A DNA stretch of 64,000 nucleotides from Eledone cirrhosa (lineage: Eukaryota). The DNA lies in contig OZ024742.1 in the NCBI GenBank assembly GCA_964016885.1, forward strand, positions 373,364,001-373,428,000, written 5' to 3'. The position numbers were made by a program, and so were the translations under genes. Position 1 is the first letter of the stretch; every line of letters begins with the position of its first letter. Of the stretch, positions 1 to 14,299 are shown one piece after another. The notes beneath the pieces were generated by a model. The model was not told the DNA's origin and searched no databases. It saw only the letters and a list, made by a program, of their open reading frames with translations.

Positions 1-3000
1 TTGATAGTCCCACAAGCCACATACCTCTGATAGTCCCACAAACCACATACCTCTGATAGTCCCACAAGCCACATATTAGTCTGATAGTCCCACAGGTCAC
101 ATACTTCTGATAGTCCCACAAACCACATATCTCTGATAGTCCCACAAGCCACATATTAGTCTGATAGTCCATCAAGCCACATACCTCTGATAGTCCCACA
201 AGCCACATACCTCTGATAGTCCCACAAGTCACATACCTCTGATAGTCCCACAAGTCACATACCTCTGATAGTCCCACAAGCCACATACCTCTGATAGTAC
301 CACAAGCCACATACCTCTGATTGTCCCACAAGCCACATACCTCTGATAGTCCCACAAGGCACATACCTTTGATAGTCCCACAAGCCACATATTAGTCTGA
401 TAGTCCCACAAGCCACATACCTCTGATAGTCCCACAAGCCACATATTAGTCTGATAGTCCCACAAGTCACATACCTCTGATTGTCCCACAAGCCACATAT
501 TAGTCTGATAGTCCCACCAGTCACATACCTCTGATAGTCTTACAAGCCACATATTAGTATGATAGTCCCACAAGCCACATGCCTCTGATAGTCCCACAAG
601 CCACATATTAGTCTGATAGTCCCACAAGTCACATACCTCTGATAGTCCCACAAGCCACATATTAGTCTGATACTCCCACAAATCACATACCTTTGATAGT
701 CCCACAAGCCACATATTAATCTGATAGTCCCACAAGCCACATATTAGACTGATAGTCCCACAAGCCACATACCTCTGATAGTCCCACAAGCCACATACCT
801 CTGATAGTCCCACAAGCCACATACCTCTGATAGTCCCACAAGCCACATACCTCTGATAGTCCCACAAGTCACATACCTTTGGTAGTCCTACAAGCAACAT
901 ATTAATCTGATAGTCCCACAAACCACATACCTCTGATAGTCCCACACGCAACATATTAGTCTGATAGTCCCACAAGCCACATACTTCTGATAGTCCCACA
1001 AGCCACATATTAGTCTGATAGTCCCACAAGTGACATACCTCTGATAGTCCCACAAGCCACATACCTCTGATAGTCCCACAAGCCACATACCTCTGATAGT
1101 CCCACAAGCCACATACCTCTGATAGTCCCACAAGCCACATATTAGTCTGATAGTTCCACAGGCCACATACCTCTGATAGTCCCACAAGCCACATATTAGT
1201 CTGATAGTCCCACAAGCCAGAAAGCTCTGATAGTCCCACAAGCCACATACCTCTGATAGTCCCACAAGCCACATACTGCTGATAGTCCCACAAGCCACAT
1301 ATTGGTCTGATAGTCCCTCAAGCCACATACCTCTGATAGTCCATCAAGCCACATACCTCTGATAGTCCCACAAGCCACATACCTCTGATAGTCCCACAAG
1401 CAACATATTAGTCTGATAGTCCCACAAGCCACATACCTCTGATAGTCCCACAAGCCACATAACTCTGATAGTCCATCAAGCCACATACCTCTGATAGTCC
1501 CACAAGCCACATATTAGTCTGATAGTCCCACAAGCGACATACCTCTGATAGTCCCACAAGCCACATACCTCTGATAGTCCCACATGTCACATACCTACGA
1601 TAGTCCCACAAGCCACATATTAGTCTGATAGTCTTACAAGCCACATACCTCTGATAGTCCCACAAGTCATATACCTCTGATATTCCCACAAGCCACATAT
1701 TAGTCTGATAGTCCCACAAGCCACATATTAGTCTGATAGTCCCACAAACCACATAGTTCTGATAGTCCCACAAGCCACATATAAGTATCATAGTCCCACA
1801 AGCCACATACTGCTGATAGTCCCACAAGCCACATATTGGTCTGATAGTCCCACAAGTCACATACCTCTGATAGTCCCATAAGCCACATATTAATCTGATA
1901 GTCCCACAAGCCACATACATCTGATAGTCCCACAAGCCACATACCTCTGATAGTCCCACAAACCACATATTAGTCTGATAGTTCCACAAGCCACATACCT
2001 CTGATAGTCCCACAAGCCAGATAATTGTCTGATAGTCCCACAGGTCACATATCTCTGATAGTCCCACAAGTCACATACCTCCGATAGTCCCACAAGCCAC
2101 ATATTAGTCTGATAGTCTTACAAGCCACATACCTCTGATAGTCCCACAAGCCACATACCTCTAATAGTCCCACAAGTCACATACCTCTGATAGTCCCACA
2201 AGTCACATACCTCTGATAGTCCCACAAGCCACATATTAGTCTGATACTCCCACAAGCCACATATTAGTCTAATAGTCCCACAAACCACATAGTTCTGATA
2301 GTCCCACAAGCCACATACTTCTGATAGTCCCACAAGCCACATACTGCTGATAGTCACACAAGCCACATATTGGTCTGATAGTCCCACAAGTCACATACCT
2401 CTGATAGTCCCATAAGCCACATATTAGTCTGATAGTCCCACAAGCCACATACATCTGATAGTCCCACAAGCCACATACCTCTGATAGTCCCACAAGCCAC
2501 ATACCTCTGATAGTCCCACAAGCCACATACCTCTGATAGTCCCACAAGCCACATACCTCTGATAGTCTCACAAGCCACATACCTCTGATAGTCCCACTAG
2601 CCACATACCTCTGATAGTCCCACAAGCTACATACCTCTAATAGTCCCACAAGCCACATACCTCTCATAGTCCAACACGCCACATATTAGTTTGATAGTCC
2701 CACAAGCCACATACCTCTGATAGTCCCACAAACCACATACCTCTGATAGTCCCACAAGCCGCATATTAGTCTGATAGTCCCACAGGTCACATATCTCTGA
2801 TAGTCCCACAAGCCACATACCTCTGATAGTCCCACAAGCCACATACCTCTGATCGTCCCACAAGCCACATACCTCTGATAGTCCCACAAGCCACATATTA
2901 GTCTGATAGTTCCACAGGCCACATACCTCTGATAGTCCCACAAGCCACATATTAGTCTGATAGTCCCACAAGCCAGAAAGCTCTGATAGTCCCACAAGCC

Positions 3001-6000
3001 ACATACCTCTGATAGTCCCACAAGCCACATACTGCTGATAGTCCCACAAGCCACATATTGGTCTGATAGTCCCTCAAGTCACATACCTCTGATAGTCCCA
3101 CAAGCCACATACCTCTGATAGTCCATCAAGCCACATACCTCTGATAGTCCCACAAGCCACATACCTCTGATAGTCCCACAAGCCACATATTAGTCTGATA
3201 GTCCCACAAGCCACATACCTCTGATAGTCCCACAAGCCACATATTAGTGTGATAGTCCCACAAGCCACATACCTACGATAGTCCCACAAGCCACATATTA
3301 GTCTGATAGTCTTACAAGCCACATACCTCTGATAGTCCCACAAGTCACATACCTCTGATAGTCCCACAAGCCACATATTAGTCTGATAGTCCCACAAGCC
3401 ACATATTAGTCTGATAGTCCCACAAACCACATAGTTCTGATAGTCCCACAAGCCACATATAAGTATCATAGTCCCACAAGCCACATACTGCTGATAGTCC
3501 CACAAGCCACATATTGGTCTGATAGTCCCACAAGTCACATACCTCTGATAGTCCCATAAGCCACCTATTAATCTGATAGTCCCACAAGCCACATACATCT
3601 GATAGTCCCACAAGCCACATACCTCTGATAGTCCCACAAACCACATATTAGTCTGATAGTTCCACAAGCCACATACCTCTGATAGTCCCACAAGCCAGAT
3701 AATTGTCTGATAGTCCCACAGGTCACATATCTCTGATAGTCCCACAAGCCACATACCTCTGATAGTCCCACAAGCCACATACCTCTGATAGTCCCACAAG
3801 CCACATACCTCTGATAGTATCACAAGCCACATACCTCTGATAGTCCCACTAGCCACATACCTCTGACAGTCCCACAAGCTACATACCTCTCATAGTCCCA
3901 CAAGCCACATACCTCTCATAGTCCAACACGCCACATATTAGTTTGATAGTCCCACAAGCCACATACCTCTGATAGTCCCACAAACCACATACCTCTGATA
4001 GTCCCACAAGCCACATATTAGTCTGATAGTCCCACAGGTCACATACTTCTGATAGTCCCACAAACCACATATCTCTGATAGTCCCACAAGCCACATATTA
4101 GTCTGATAGTCCATCAAGCCACATACCTCTGATAGTCCCACAAGCCACATACCTCTGATAGTCCCACAAGTCACATACCTCTGATAGTCCCACAAGTCAC
4201 ATACCTCTGATAGTCCCACAAGCCACATACCTCTGATAGTACCACAAGCCACATATTAGTCTGATAGTCCCACAAGTCACATACCTCTGATAGTCCCACA
4301 AGCCACATATTAGTCTGATAGTCCCACAAATCACATACCTTTGATAGTCCCACAAGCCACATATTAATCTGATAGTCCCACAAGCCACATACCTCTGATA
4401 GTCCCACAAGCCACATATTAGACTGATAGTCCCACAAGCCACATACCTCTGATAGTCCCACAAGCCACATACCTCTGATAGTCCCACAAGCCACATACCT
4501 CTGATAGTCCCACAAGCCACATACCTCTGATAGTCCCACAAGTCACATACCTTTGGTAGTCCTACAAGCAACATATTAATCTGATAGTCCCACAAACCAC
4601 ATACCTCTGATAGTCCCACACGCAACATATTAGTCTGATAGTCCCACAAGCCACATACTTCTGATAGTCCCACAAGCCACATATTAGTCTGATAGTCCCA
4701 CAAGCCACATACCTCTGATAGTCTCACAAGCCACATATTAGTCTGATAGTCCCACAAGTCACATACCTCTGATAGTCCCACAAGTCACATACCTCTTATA
4801 GTCCCACAAACCACATACTTCTGATAGTCCCACAAGCCACATACCTCTGATAGTCCCACAAGCCACATATTAGTCTGATAGTCCCACAAGCCACATACCT
4901 CTGATAGTCCCACAAGCCACATATTAGTGTGATAGTCCCACAAGCCACATACCTACGATAGTCCCACAAGCCACATATTAGTCTGATAGTCTTACAAGCC
5001 ACATACCTCTGATAGTCCCACAAGTCACATACCTCTGATAGTCCCACAAGCCACATATTAGTCTGATAGTCCCACAAGCCACATATTAGTCTGATAGTCC
5101 CACAAACCACATAGTTCTGATAGTCCCACAAGCCACATATAAGTATCATAGTCCCACAAGCCACATACTGCTGATAGTCCCACAAGCCACATATTGGTCT
5201 GATAGTCCCACAAGTCACATACCTCTGATAGTCCCATAAGCCACATATTAATCTGATGGTCCCACAAGCCACATACATCTGATAGTCCCACAAGCCACAT
5301 ACCTCTGATAGTCCCACAAACCACATATTAGTCTGATAGTTCCACAAGCCACATACCTCTGATAGTCCCACAAGCCAGATAATTGTCTGATAGTCCCACA
5401 GGTCACATATCTCTGATAGTCCCACAAGCCACATACCTCTGATAGTCCCACAAGCCACATACCCCTGATAGTCCCACAAGCCACATACCTCTGATAGTCT
5501 CACAAGCCACATACCTCTGATAGTCCCACTAGCCACATACCTCTGACAGTCCCACAAGCTACATACCTCTCATAGTCCCACAAGCCACATACCTCTCATA
5601 GTCCAACACGCCACATATTAGTTTGATAGTCCCACAAGCCACATACCTCTGATAGTCCCACAAACCACATACCTCTGATAGTCCCACAAGCCACATATTA
5701 GTCTGATAGTCCCACAGGTCACATACTTCTGATAGTCCCACAAACCACATATCTCTGATAGTCCCACAAGCCACATATTAGTCTGATAGTCCATCAAGCC
5801 ACATACCTCTGATAGTCCCACAAGCCACATACCTCTGATAGTCCCACAAGTCACATACCTCTGATAGTCCCACAAGTCACATACCTCTGATAGTCCCACA
5901 AGCCACATACCTCTGATAGTACCACAAGCCACATACCTCTGATTGTCCCACAAGCCACATACCTCTGATAGTCCCACAAGGCACATACCTCTGATAGTCC

Positions 6001-7299
6001 CACAAGCCACATATTAGTCTGATAGTCCCACAAGCCACATACCTCTGATAGTCCCACAAGCCACATATTAGTGTGATAGTCCCACAAGTCACATACCTCT
6101 GATTGTCCCACAAGCCACATATTAGTCTGATAGTCCCACAAGTCACATACCTCTGATAGTCTTACAAGCCACATATTAGTATGATAGTCCCACAAGCCAC
6201 ATGCCTCTGATAGTCCCACAAGCCACATATTAGTCTGATAGTCCCAAAAGTCACATACCTCTGATAGTCCCACAAGCCACATATTAGTCTGATAGTCCCA
6301 CAAATCACATACCTTTGATAGTCCCACAAGCCACATATTAATCTGATAGTCCCACAAGCCACATACCTCTGATAGTCCCACAAGCCACATATTAGACTGA
6401 TAGTCCCACAAGCCACATACCTCTGATAGTCCCACAAGCCACATACCTCTGATAGTCCCACAAGCCACATACCTCTGATAGTCCCACAAGCCACATACCT
6501 CTGATAGTCCCACAAGTCACATACCTTTGGTAGTCCTACAAGCAACATATTAATCTGATAGTCCCACAAACCACATACCTCTGATAGTCCCACAAGCCAC
6601 ATACCTCTGATAGTCTCACAAGCCACATATTAGTCTGATAGTCCCACAAGTCACATACCTCTGATAGTTCCACAAGTCACATACCTCTTATAGTCCCACA
6701 AACCACATACTTCTGATAGTCCCACAAGCCACATACCTCTGATAGTCCCACAAGCCACATATTAGTCTGATAGTCCCACAAGCCACATACCTCTGATAGT
6801 CCCACAAGCCACATACCTCTGATAGTCCCACAAGCCACATATTAGTCTGATAGTCCCACAAGTCACATACCTCTGATAGTCCCACAAACCACATATTAGT
6901 CTGATAGTTCCACAAGCCACATACCTCTGATAGTCCCACAAGCCACATATTAGTCTGATAGTCCCACAGGTCACATATCTCTGATAGTCCCACAAGCGAC
7001 ATACCTCTGATAGTCCCACAAGCCACATACCTCTGATAGTCCCACAAGCCACATACCTCTGATAGTCTCACAAGCCACATACCTCTGATAGTCCCACTAG
7101 CCACATACCTCTGATAGTCCCACAAGCTACATACCTCTCATAGTCCCACAAGCCACATACCTCTCATAGTCCAACACGCCACATATTAGTTTGATAGTCC
7201 CACAAGCCACATACCTCTCATAGTCCCACAATCCACATACCTCTGATAGTCCCACAAGCCACATATTAGTCTGATAGTCCCACAGGTCACATACCTCTG

Positions 7300-7920
7300 A
7301 TAGTCCCACAAGCCACATACCTCTGATAGTCCCACAAGCCACATATTAGTCTGATAGTCCCACAAGTCACATACCTCTGATAGTCCCACAAGCTACATAT
7401 TAGTCTGATAGTCCCACAAGTCACATACCTCTGATAGTCCCACAAGCCACATAACTCTGATAGTCCATCAAGCCACATACCTCTGATAGTCCCACAAGCC
7501 ACATACCTCTGATAGTCCCACAAGCCACATACCTCTGATAGTCCCACAAGCCACATATTAGTCTGATAGTCCCACAAGCCACATACCTCTGATAGTCCCA
7601 CAAGCCACATACCTCTGATAGTCCCACAAGCCACATATTAGTCTGATAGTCCCACAAGTCACATACCTCTGATAGTCCCACAAGCTACATATTAGTCTGA
7701 TAGTCCCACAAGTCACATACCTCTGATAGTCCCACAAGCCACATAACTCTGATAGTCCATCAAGCCACATACCTCTGATAGTCCCACAAGCCACATACCT
7801 CTGACAGTCCCACAAGCCACATACCTCTGATAGTCCCACAAGCCACATATTAGTCTGATAGTCCCACAAGCCACATACCTCTGATAGTCCCACAAGCCAC
7901 ATACCTCTGATAGTTCCACA
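7300..7920. repeat. 292-bp tandem duplication nested in the 11.27-kb block (also present in copy 2 at ~18574-19194)
   Basis: The variant AGCTACATATTAG occurs at ~7391 and ~7683, and ATAACTCT...GTCCATCAAG at ~7451 and ~7743. ORF offsets are 7421/7713 and 18695/18987. Confidence 0.85.
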
Positions 7921-10900
7921 AGCCACATATTAGTCTGATAGTCCCACAAGTCACATACCTCTGATAGTCCCACAGGCCACATATTAGTCTGATAGTCCCA
8001 CAATCCACATACCTCTGATAGTCTCACAAGCCACATACCTCTGATAGTCCCACTAGCCACATACCTCTGATAGTCCCACAAGCTACATACCTCTCATAGT
8101 CCCACAAGCCACATACCTCTCATAGTCCAACACGCCACATATTAGTTTGATAGTCCCACAAGCCACATACCTCTGATAGTCCCACAAACCACATACCTCT
8201 GATAGTCCCACAAGCCACATATTAGTCTGATAGTCCCACAGGTCACATACCTCTGATAGTCCCACAAACCACATACCTCTGATAGTCCCACAAGCCACAT
8301 ATTTGTCTGATAGTCCCACAGGTAACATACCTCTGATAGTCCCACAAGCCACATAACTCTGATAGTCCCACAAGTCACATACATCCGATAGTCCCACAAG
8401 CCACATATTAGTCTGATAGTCTTACAAGCCACATACCTCTGATAGTCCCACAAGCCACATACCTCTAGTAGTCCCACAAGCCACATACCTCTAGTAGTCC
8501 CACAAGTCACATACCTCTGATAGTCCCACAAGTCACATACCTCTGATAGTCCCACAAGCCACATATTAGTCTGATAGTCCCACAAGCCACATACCTCTGA
8601 TAGTCCCACAAGCCACATACCTCTGATAGTCCCACAAGCCACATACCTCTGATAGTCCCACAAACCACATACCTCTGATAGTCCCACAAGTCACATACCT
8701 CTGATAGTCCTACAAGCCACATATTAATCTGATAGTCCCACAAGCCACATACTTCTGATAGTCCCACAAGCCACATACCTCTGATAGTCCCACAAGTCAC
8801 ATACCTCTGATAGTCCTACAAGCCACATATTAATCTGATAGTCCCACAAGCCACATACCTCTGATAGTCCCACAAGCCACATACCTCTGATAGTCCCACA
8901 CGCAACATATTAGTCTGATAGTCCCACAAGCCACATACTTCTGATAGTCCCACAAGCCACATACCTCTGATAGTCTCACAAGCCACATATTAGTCTGATA
9001 GTCCCACAAGCCACATATTTCTGATAGTCCCACAAGTTATATACCTCTGATAGTCCCACAAGTCACATACCTCTTATAGTCCCAGAAACCACATACTTCT
9101 GATAGTCCCATAAGCCACATATTAATCTGATAGTCCCACAAGCCACATACCTCTGATAGTCCCACAAGCCACATACCTCTGATAGTCACACAAGCCACAT
9201 ATTAGTCTGATAGTCCCACAAGTGACATACCTCTGATAGTCCCACAAACCACATATTAGTCTGATAGTTCCACAAGCCACATACCTCTGATAGTCCCACA
9301 AGCCACATACCTCTGATAGTCCCACAAGCCACATATTAGTCTGATAGTCCCACAAGCCACATACCTCTGATAGTCCCACAAGCCACATACCTCTGATAGT
9401 CCCACAAGCCACATACCTCTGATAGTCCCACAAGCCACATACCTCTGATAATCCCACAAGCCACATATTAGTCTGATAGTCCCACAAGTGACATACCTCT
9501 GATAGTCCCACAAACCACATATTAGTCTGATAGTTCCACAAGCCACATACCTCTGATAGTCCCACAAGCCACATATTAGTCTGATAGTCCCACAGGTCAC
9601 ATATCTCTGATAGTCCCACAAGCCACATACCTCTGATAGTCCCACAAGCCACATACCTCTGATAGTCCCACAAGCCACATACCTCTAATAGTCCCACAAG
9701 CCACATATTAGTCTGATAGTTCCACAGGCCACATACCTCTGATAGTCCCACAAGCCACATATTAGTCTGATAGTCCCACAAGCCAGAAAGCTCTGATAGT
9801 CCCACAAGCCACATACCTCTGATTGTCCCACAAGCCACATACTGCTGATAGTCCCACAAGCCACATATTGGTCTGATAGTCCCTCAAGTCACATACCTCT
9901 GATAGTCCCACAAGCCACATACCTCTGATAGTCCATCAAGCCACATACCTCTGATAGTCCCACAAGCCACATACCTCTGATAGTCCCACAAGCCACATAT
10001 TAGTCTGATAGTCCCACAAGCCACATACCTCTGATAGTCCCACAAGCCACATATTAGTGTGATAGTCCCACAAGCCACATACCTCTGATAGTCCCACAAG
10101 CCACATATTAGTCTGATAGTCCCACAAGCGACATACCTCTGATAGTCCCACAAGCCACATACCTCTGATAGTCCCACATGTCACATACCTACGATAGTCC
10201 CACAAGCCACATATTAGTCTGATAGTCTTACAAGCCACATACCTCTGATAGTCCCACAAGTCATATACCTCTGATATTCTCACAAGCCACATATTAGTCT
10301 GATAGTCCCACAAGCCACATATTAGTCTGATAGTCCCACAAACCACATAGTTCTGATAGTCCCACAAGCCACATATAAGTATCATAGTCCCACAAGCCAC
10401 ATACTGCTGATAGTCCCACAAGCCACATATTGGTCTGATAGTCCCACAAGTCACATCCCTCTGATAGTCCCATAAGCCACATATTAATCTGATAGTCCCA
10501 CAAGCCACATACATCTCATAGTCCCACAAGCCACATACCTCTGATAGTCCCACAAACCACATATTAGTCTGATAGTTCCACAAGCCACATACCTCTGATA
10601 GTCCCACAAGCCAGATAATTGTCTGATAGTCCCACAGGTCACATATCTCTGATAGTCCCACAAGCCACATACCTCTGATAGTCCCACAAGCCACATACCT
10701 CTGATAGTCTCACAAGCCACATACCTCTGATAGTCCCACTAGCCACATACCTCTGACAGTCCCACAAGCTACATACCCCTCATAGTCCCACAAGCCACAT
10801 ACCTCTCATAGTCCAACACGCCACATATTAGTTTGATAGTCCCACAAGCCACATACCTCTGATAGTCCCACAAACCACATACCTCTGATAGTCCCACAAG

Positions 10901-13900
10901 CCACATATTAGTCTGATAGTCCCACAGGTCACATACCTCTGATAGTCCCACAAACCACATACCTCTGATAGTCCCACAAGCCACATATTTGTCTGATAGT
11001 CCCACAGGTCACATACCTCTGATAGTCCCACAAGCCACATAACTCTGATAGTCCCACAAGTCACATACATCCGATAGTCCCACAAGCCACATATTAGTCT
11101 GATAGTCTTACAAGCCACATACCTCTGATAGTCCCACAAGCCACATACCTCTAGTAGTCCCACAAGCCACATACCTCTAGTAGTCCCACAAGTCACATAC
11201 CTCTGATAGTCCCACAAGTCACATACCTCTGATAGTCCCACAAGCCACATATTAGTCTGATAGTCCCACAAGTCACATACCTCTGATAGTCCCACAAGCC
11301 ACATATTAGTCTGATAGTCCCACAAGTCACATACCTTTGATAGTCCCACAAGCCACATATTAATCTGATAGTCCCACAAGCCACATATTAGTCTGATAGT
11401 CCCACAAGCCACATACCTCTGATAGTCCCACAAGCCACATACCTCTGATAGTCCCACAAGCCACATACCTCTGATAGTCCCACAAACCACATACCTCTGA
11501 TAGTCCCACAAGTCACATACCTCTGATAGTCCTACAAGCCACATATTAATCTGATAGTCCCACAAGCCACATACTTCTGATAGTCCCACAAGCCACATAC
11601 CTCTGATAGTCCCACAAGTCACATACATTTGATAGTCCTACAAGCCACATATTAATCTGATAGTCCCACAAGCCACATACCTCTGATAGTCCCACAAGCC
11701 ACATACCTCTGATAGTCCCACACGCAACATATTAGTCTGATAGTCCCACAAGCCACATACTTCTGATAGTCCCACAAGCCACATACCTCTGATAGTCTCA
11801 CAAGCCACATATTAGTCTGATAGTCCCACAAGCCACATATTTCTGATAGTCCCACAAGTTATATACCTCTGATAGTCCCACAAGTCACATACCTCTTATA
11901 GTCCCAGAAACCACATACTTCTGATAATCCCATAAGCCACATATTAATCTGATAGTCCCACAAGCCACATACCTCTGATAGTCCCACAAGCCACATACCT
12001 CTGATAGTCACACAAGCCACATATTAGTCTGATAGTCCCACAAGTGACATACCTCTGATAGTCCCACAAACCACATATTAGTCTGATAGTTCCACAAGCC
12101 ACATACCTCTGATAGTCCCACAAGCCACATACCTCTGATAGTCCCACAACCCACATATTAGTCTGATAGTCCCACAAGCCACATACCTCTGATAGTCCCA
12201 CAAGCCACATACCTCTGATAGTCCCACAAGCCACATACCTCTGATAGTCCCACAAGCCACATACCTCTGATAGTCCCACAAGCCACATATTAGTCTGATA
12301 GTTCCACAGGCCACATACCTCTGATAGTCCCACAAGCCACATATTAGTCTGATAGTCCCACAAGCCAGAAAGCTCTGATAGTCCCACAAGCCACATACCT
12401 CTGATTGTCCCACAAGCCACATACTGCTGATAGTCCCACAAGCCACATATTGGTCTGATAGTCCCTCAAGTCACATACCTCTGATAGTCCCACAAGCCAC
12501 ATACGTCTGATAGTCCATCAAGCCACATACCTCTGATAGTCCCACAAGCCACATACCTCTGATAGTCCCACAAGCCACATATTAGTCTGATAGTCCCACA
12601 AGCCACATACCTCTGATAGTCCCACAAGCCACATATTAGTGTGATAGTCCCACAAGCCACATACCTCTGATAGTCCCACAAGCCACATATTAGTCTGATA
12701 GTCCCACAAGCGACATACCTCTGATAGTCCCACAAGCCACATACCTCTAATAGTCCCACATGCCACATACCTACGATAGTCCCACAAGCCACATATTAGT
12801 CTGATAGTCTTACAAGCCACATACCTCTGATAGTCCCACAAGTCATATACCTCTGATATTCTCACAAGCCACATATTAGTCTGATAGTCCCACAAGCCAC
12901 ATATTAGTCTGATAGTCCCACAAACCACATAGTTCTGATAGTCCCACAAGCCACATATAAGTATCATAGTCCCACAAGCCACATACTGCTGATAGTCCCA
13001 CAAGCCACATATTGGTCTAATAGTCCCACAAGTCACATCCCTCTGATAGTCCCATAAGCCACATATTAATCTGATAGTCCCACAAGCCACATACATCTCA
13101 TAGTCCCACAAGCCACATACCTCTGATAGTCCCACAAACCACATATTAGTCTGATAGTTCCACAAGCCACATACCTCTGATAGTCCCACAAGCCAGATAA
13201 TTGTCTGATAGTCCCACAGGTCACATATCTCTGATAGTCCCACAAGCCACATACCTCTGATAGTCCCACAAGCCACATACCTCTGATAGTCTCACAAGCC
13301 ACATACCTCTGATAGTCCCACTAGCCACATACCTCTGACAGTCCCACAAGCTACATACCCCTCATAGTCCCACAAGCCACATACCTCTCATAGTCCAACA
13401 CGCCACATATTAGTTTGATAGTCCCACAAGCCACATACCTCTGATAGTCCCACAAACCACATACCTCTGATAGTCCCACAAGCCACATATTAGTCTGATA
13501 GTCCCACAGGTCACATACTTCTGATAGTCCCACAAAACACATATCTCTGATAGTCCCACAAGCCACATATTAATCTGATAGTCCATCAAGCCACATACCT
13601 CTGATAGTCCCACAAGCCACATACCTCTGATAGTCCCACAAGTCACATACCTCTGATAGTCCCACAAGTCACATACCTCTGATAGTCCCACAAGCCACAT
13701 ACCTCTGATAGTACCACAAGCCACATACCTCTGATTGTCCCACAAGCCACATACCTCTGATAGTCCCACAAGGCACATACCTCTGATAGTCCCACAAGCC
13801 ACATATTAGTCTGATAGTCCCACAAGCCACATACCTCTGATAGTCCCACAAGCCACATATTAGTCTGATAGTCCCACAAGTCACATACCTCTGATTGTCC

Positions 13901-14299
13901 CACAAGCCACATATTAATCTGATAGTCCCACAAGTCACATACCTCTGATAGTCTTACAAGCCACATATTAGTCTGATAGTCCCACAAATCACATACCTTT
14001 GATAGTCCCACAAGCCACATATTAGTCTGATAGTCCCACAAGCCACATACCTCTGATAGTCCCACAAGCCACATATTAGTCTGATAGTCCCACAAGTCAC
14101 ATACCTCTGATTGTCCCACAAGCCACATATTAATCTGATAGTCCCACAAGTCACATACCTCTGATAGTCCCACAAGCCACATATTAGTCTGATAGTCCCA
14201 CAAATCACATACCTTTGATAGTCCCACAAGCCACATATTAATCTGATAGTCCCACAAGCCACATACCTCTGATAGTCCCACAAGCCACATATTAGTCTG

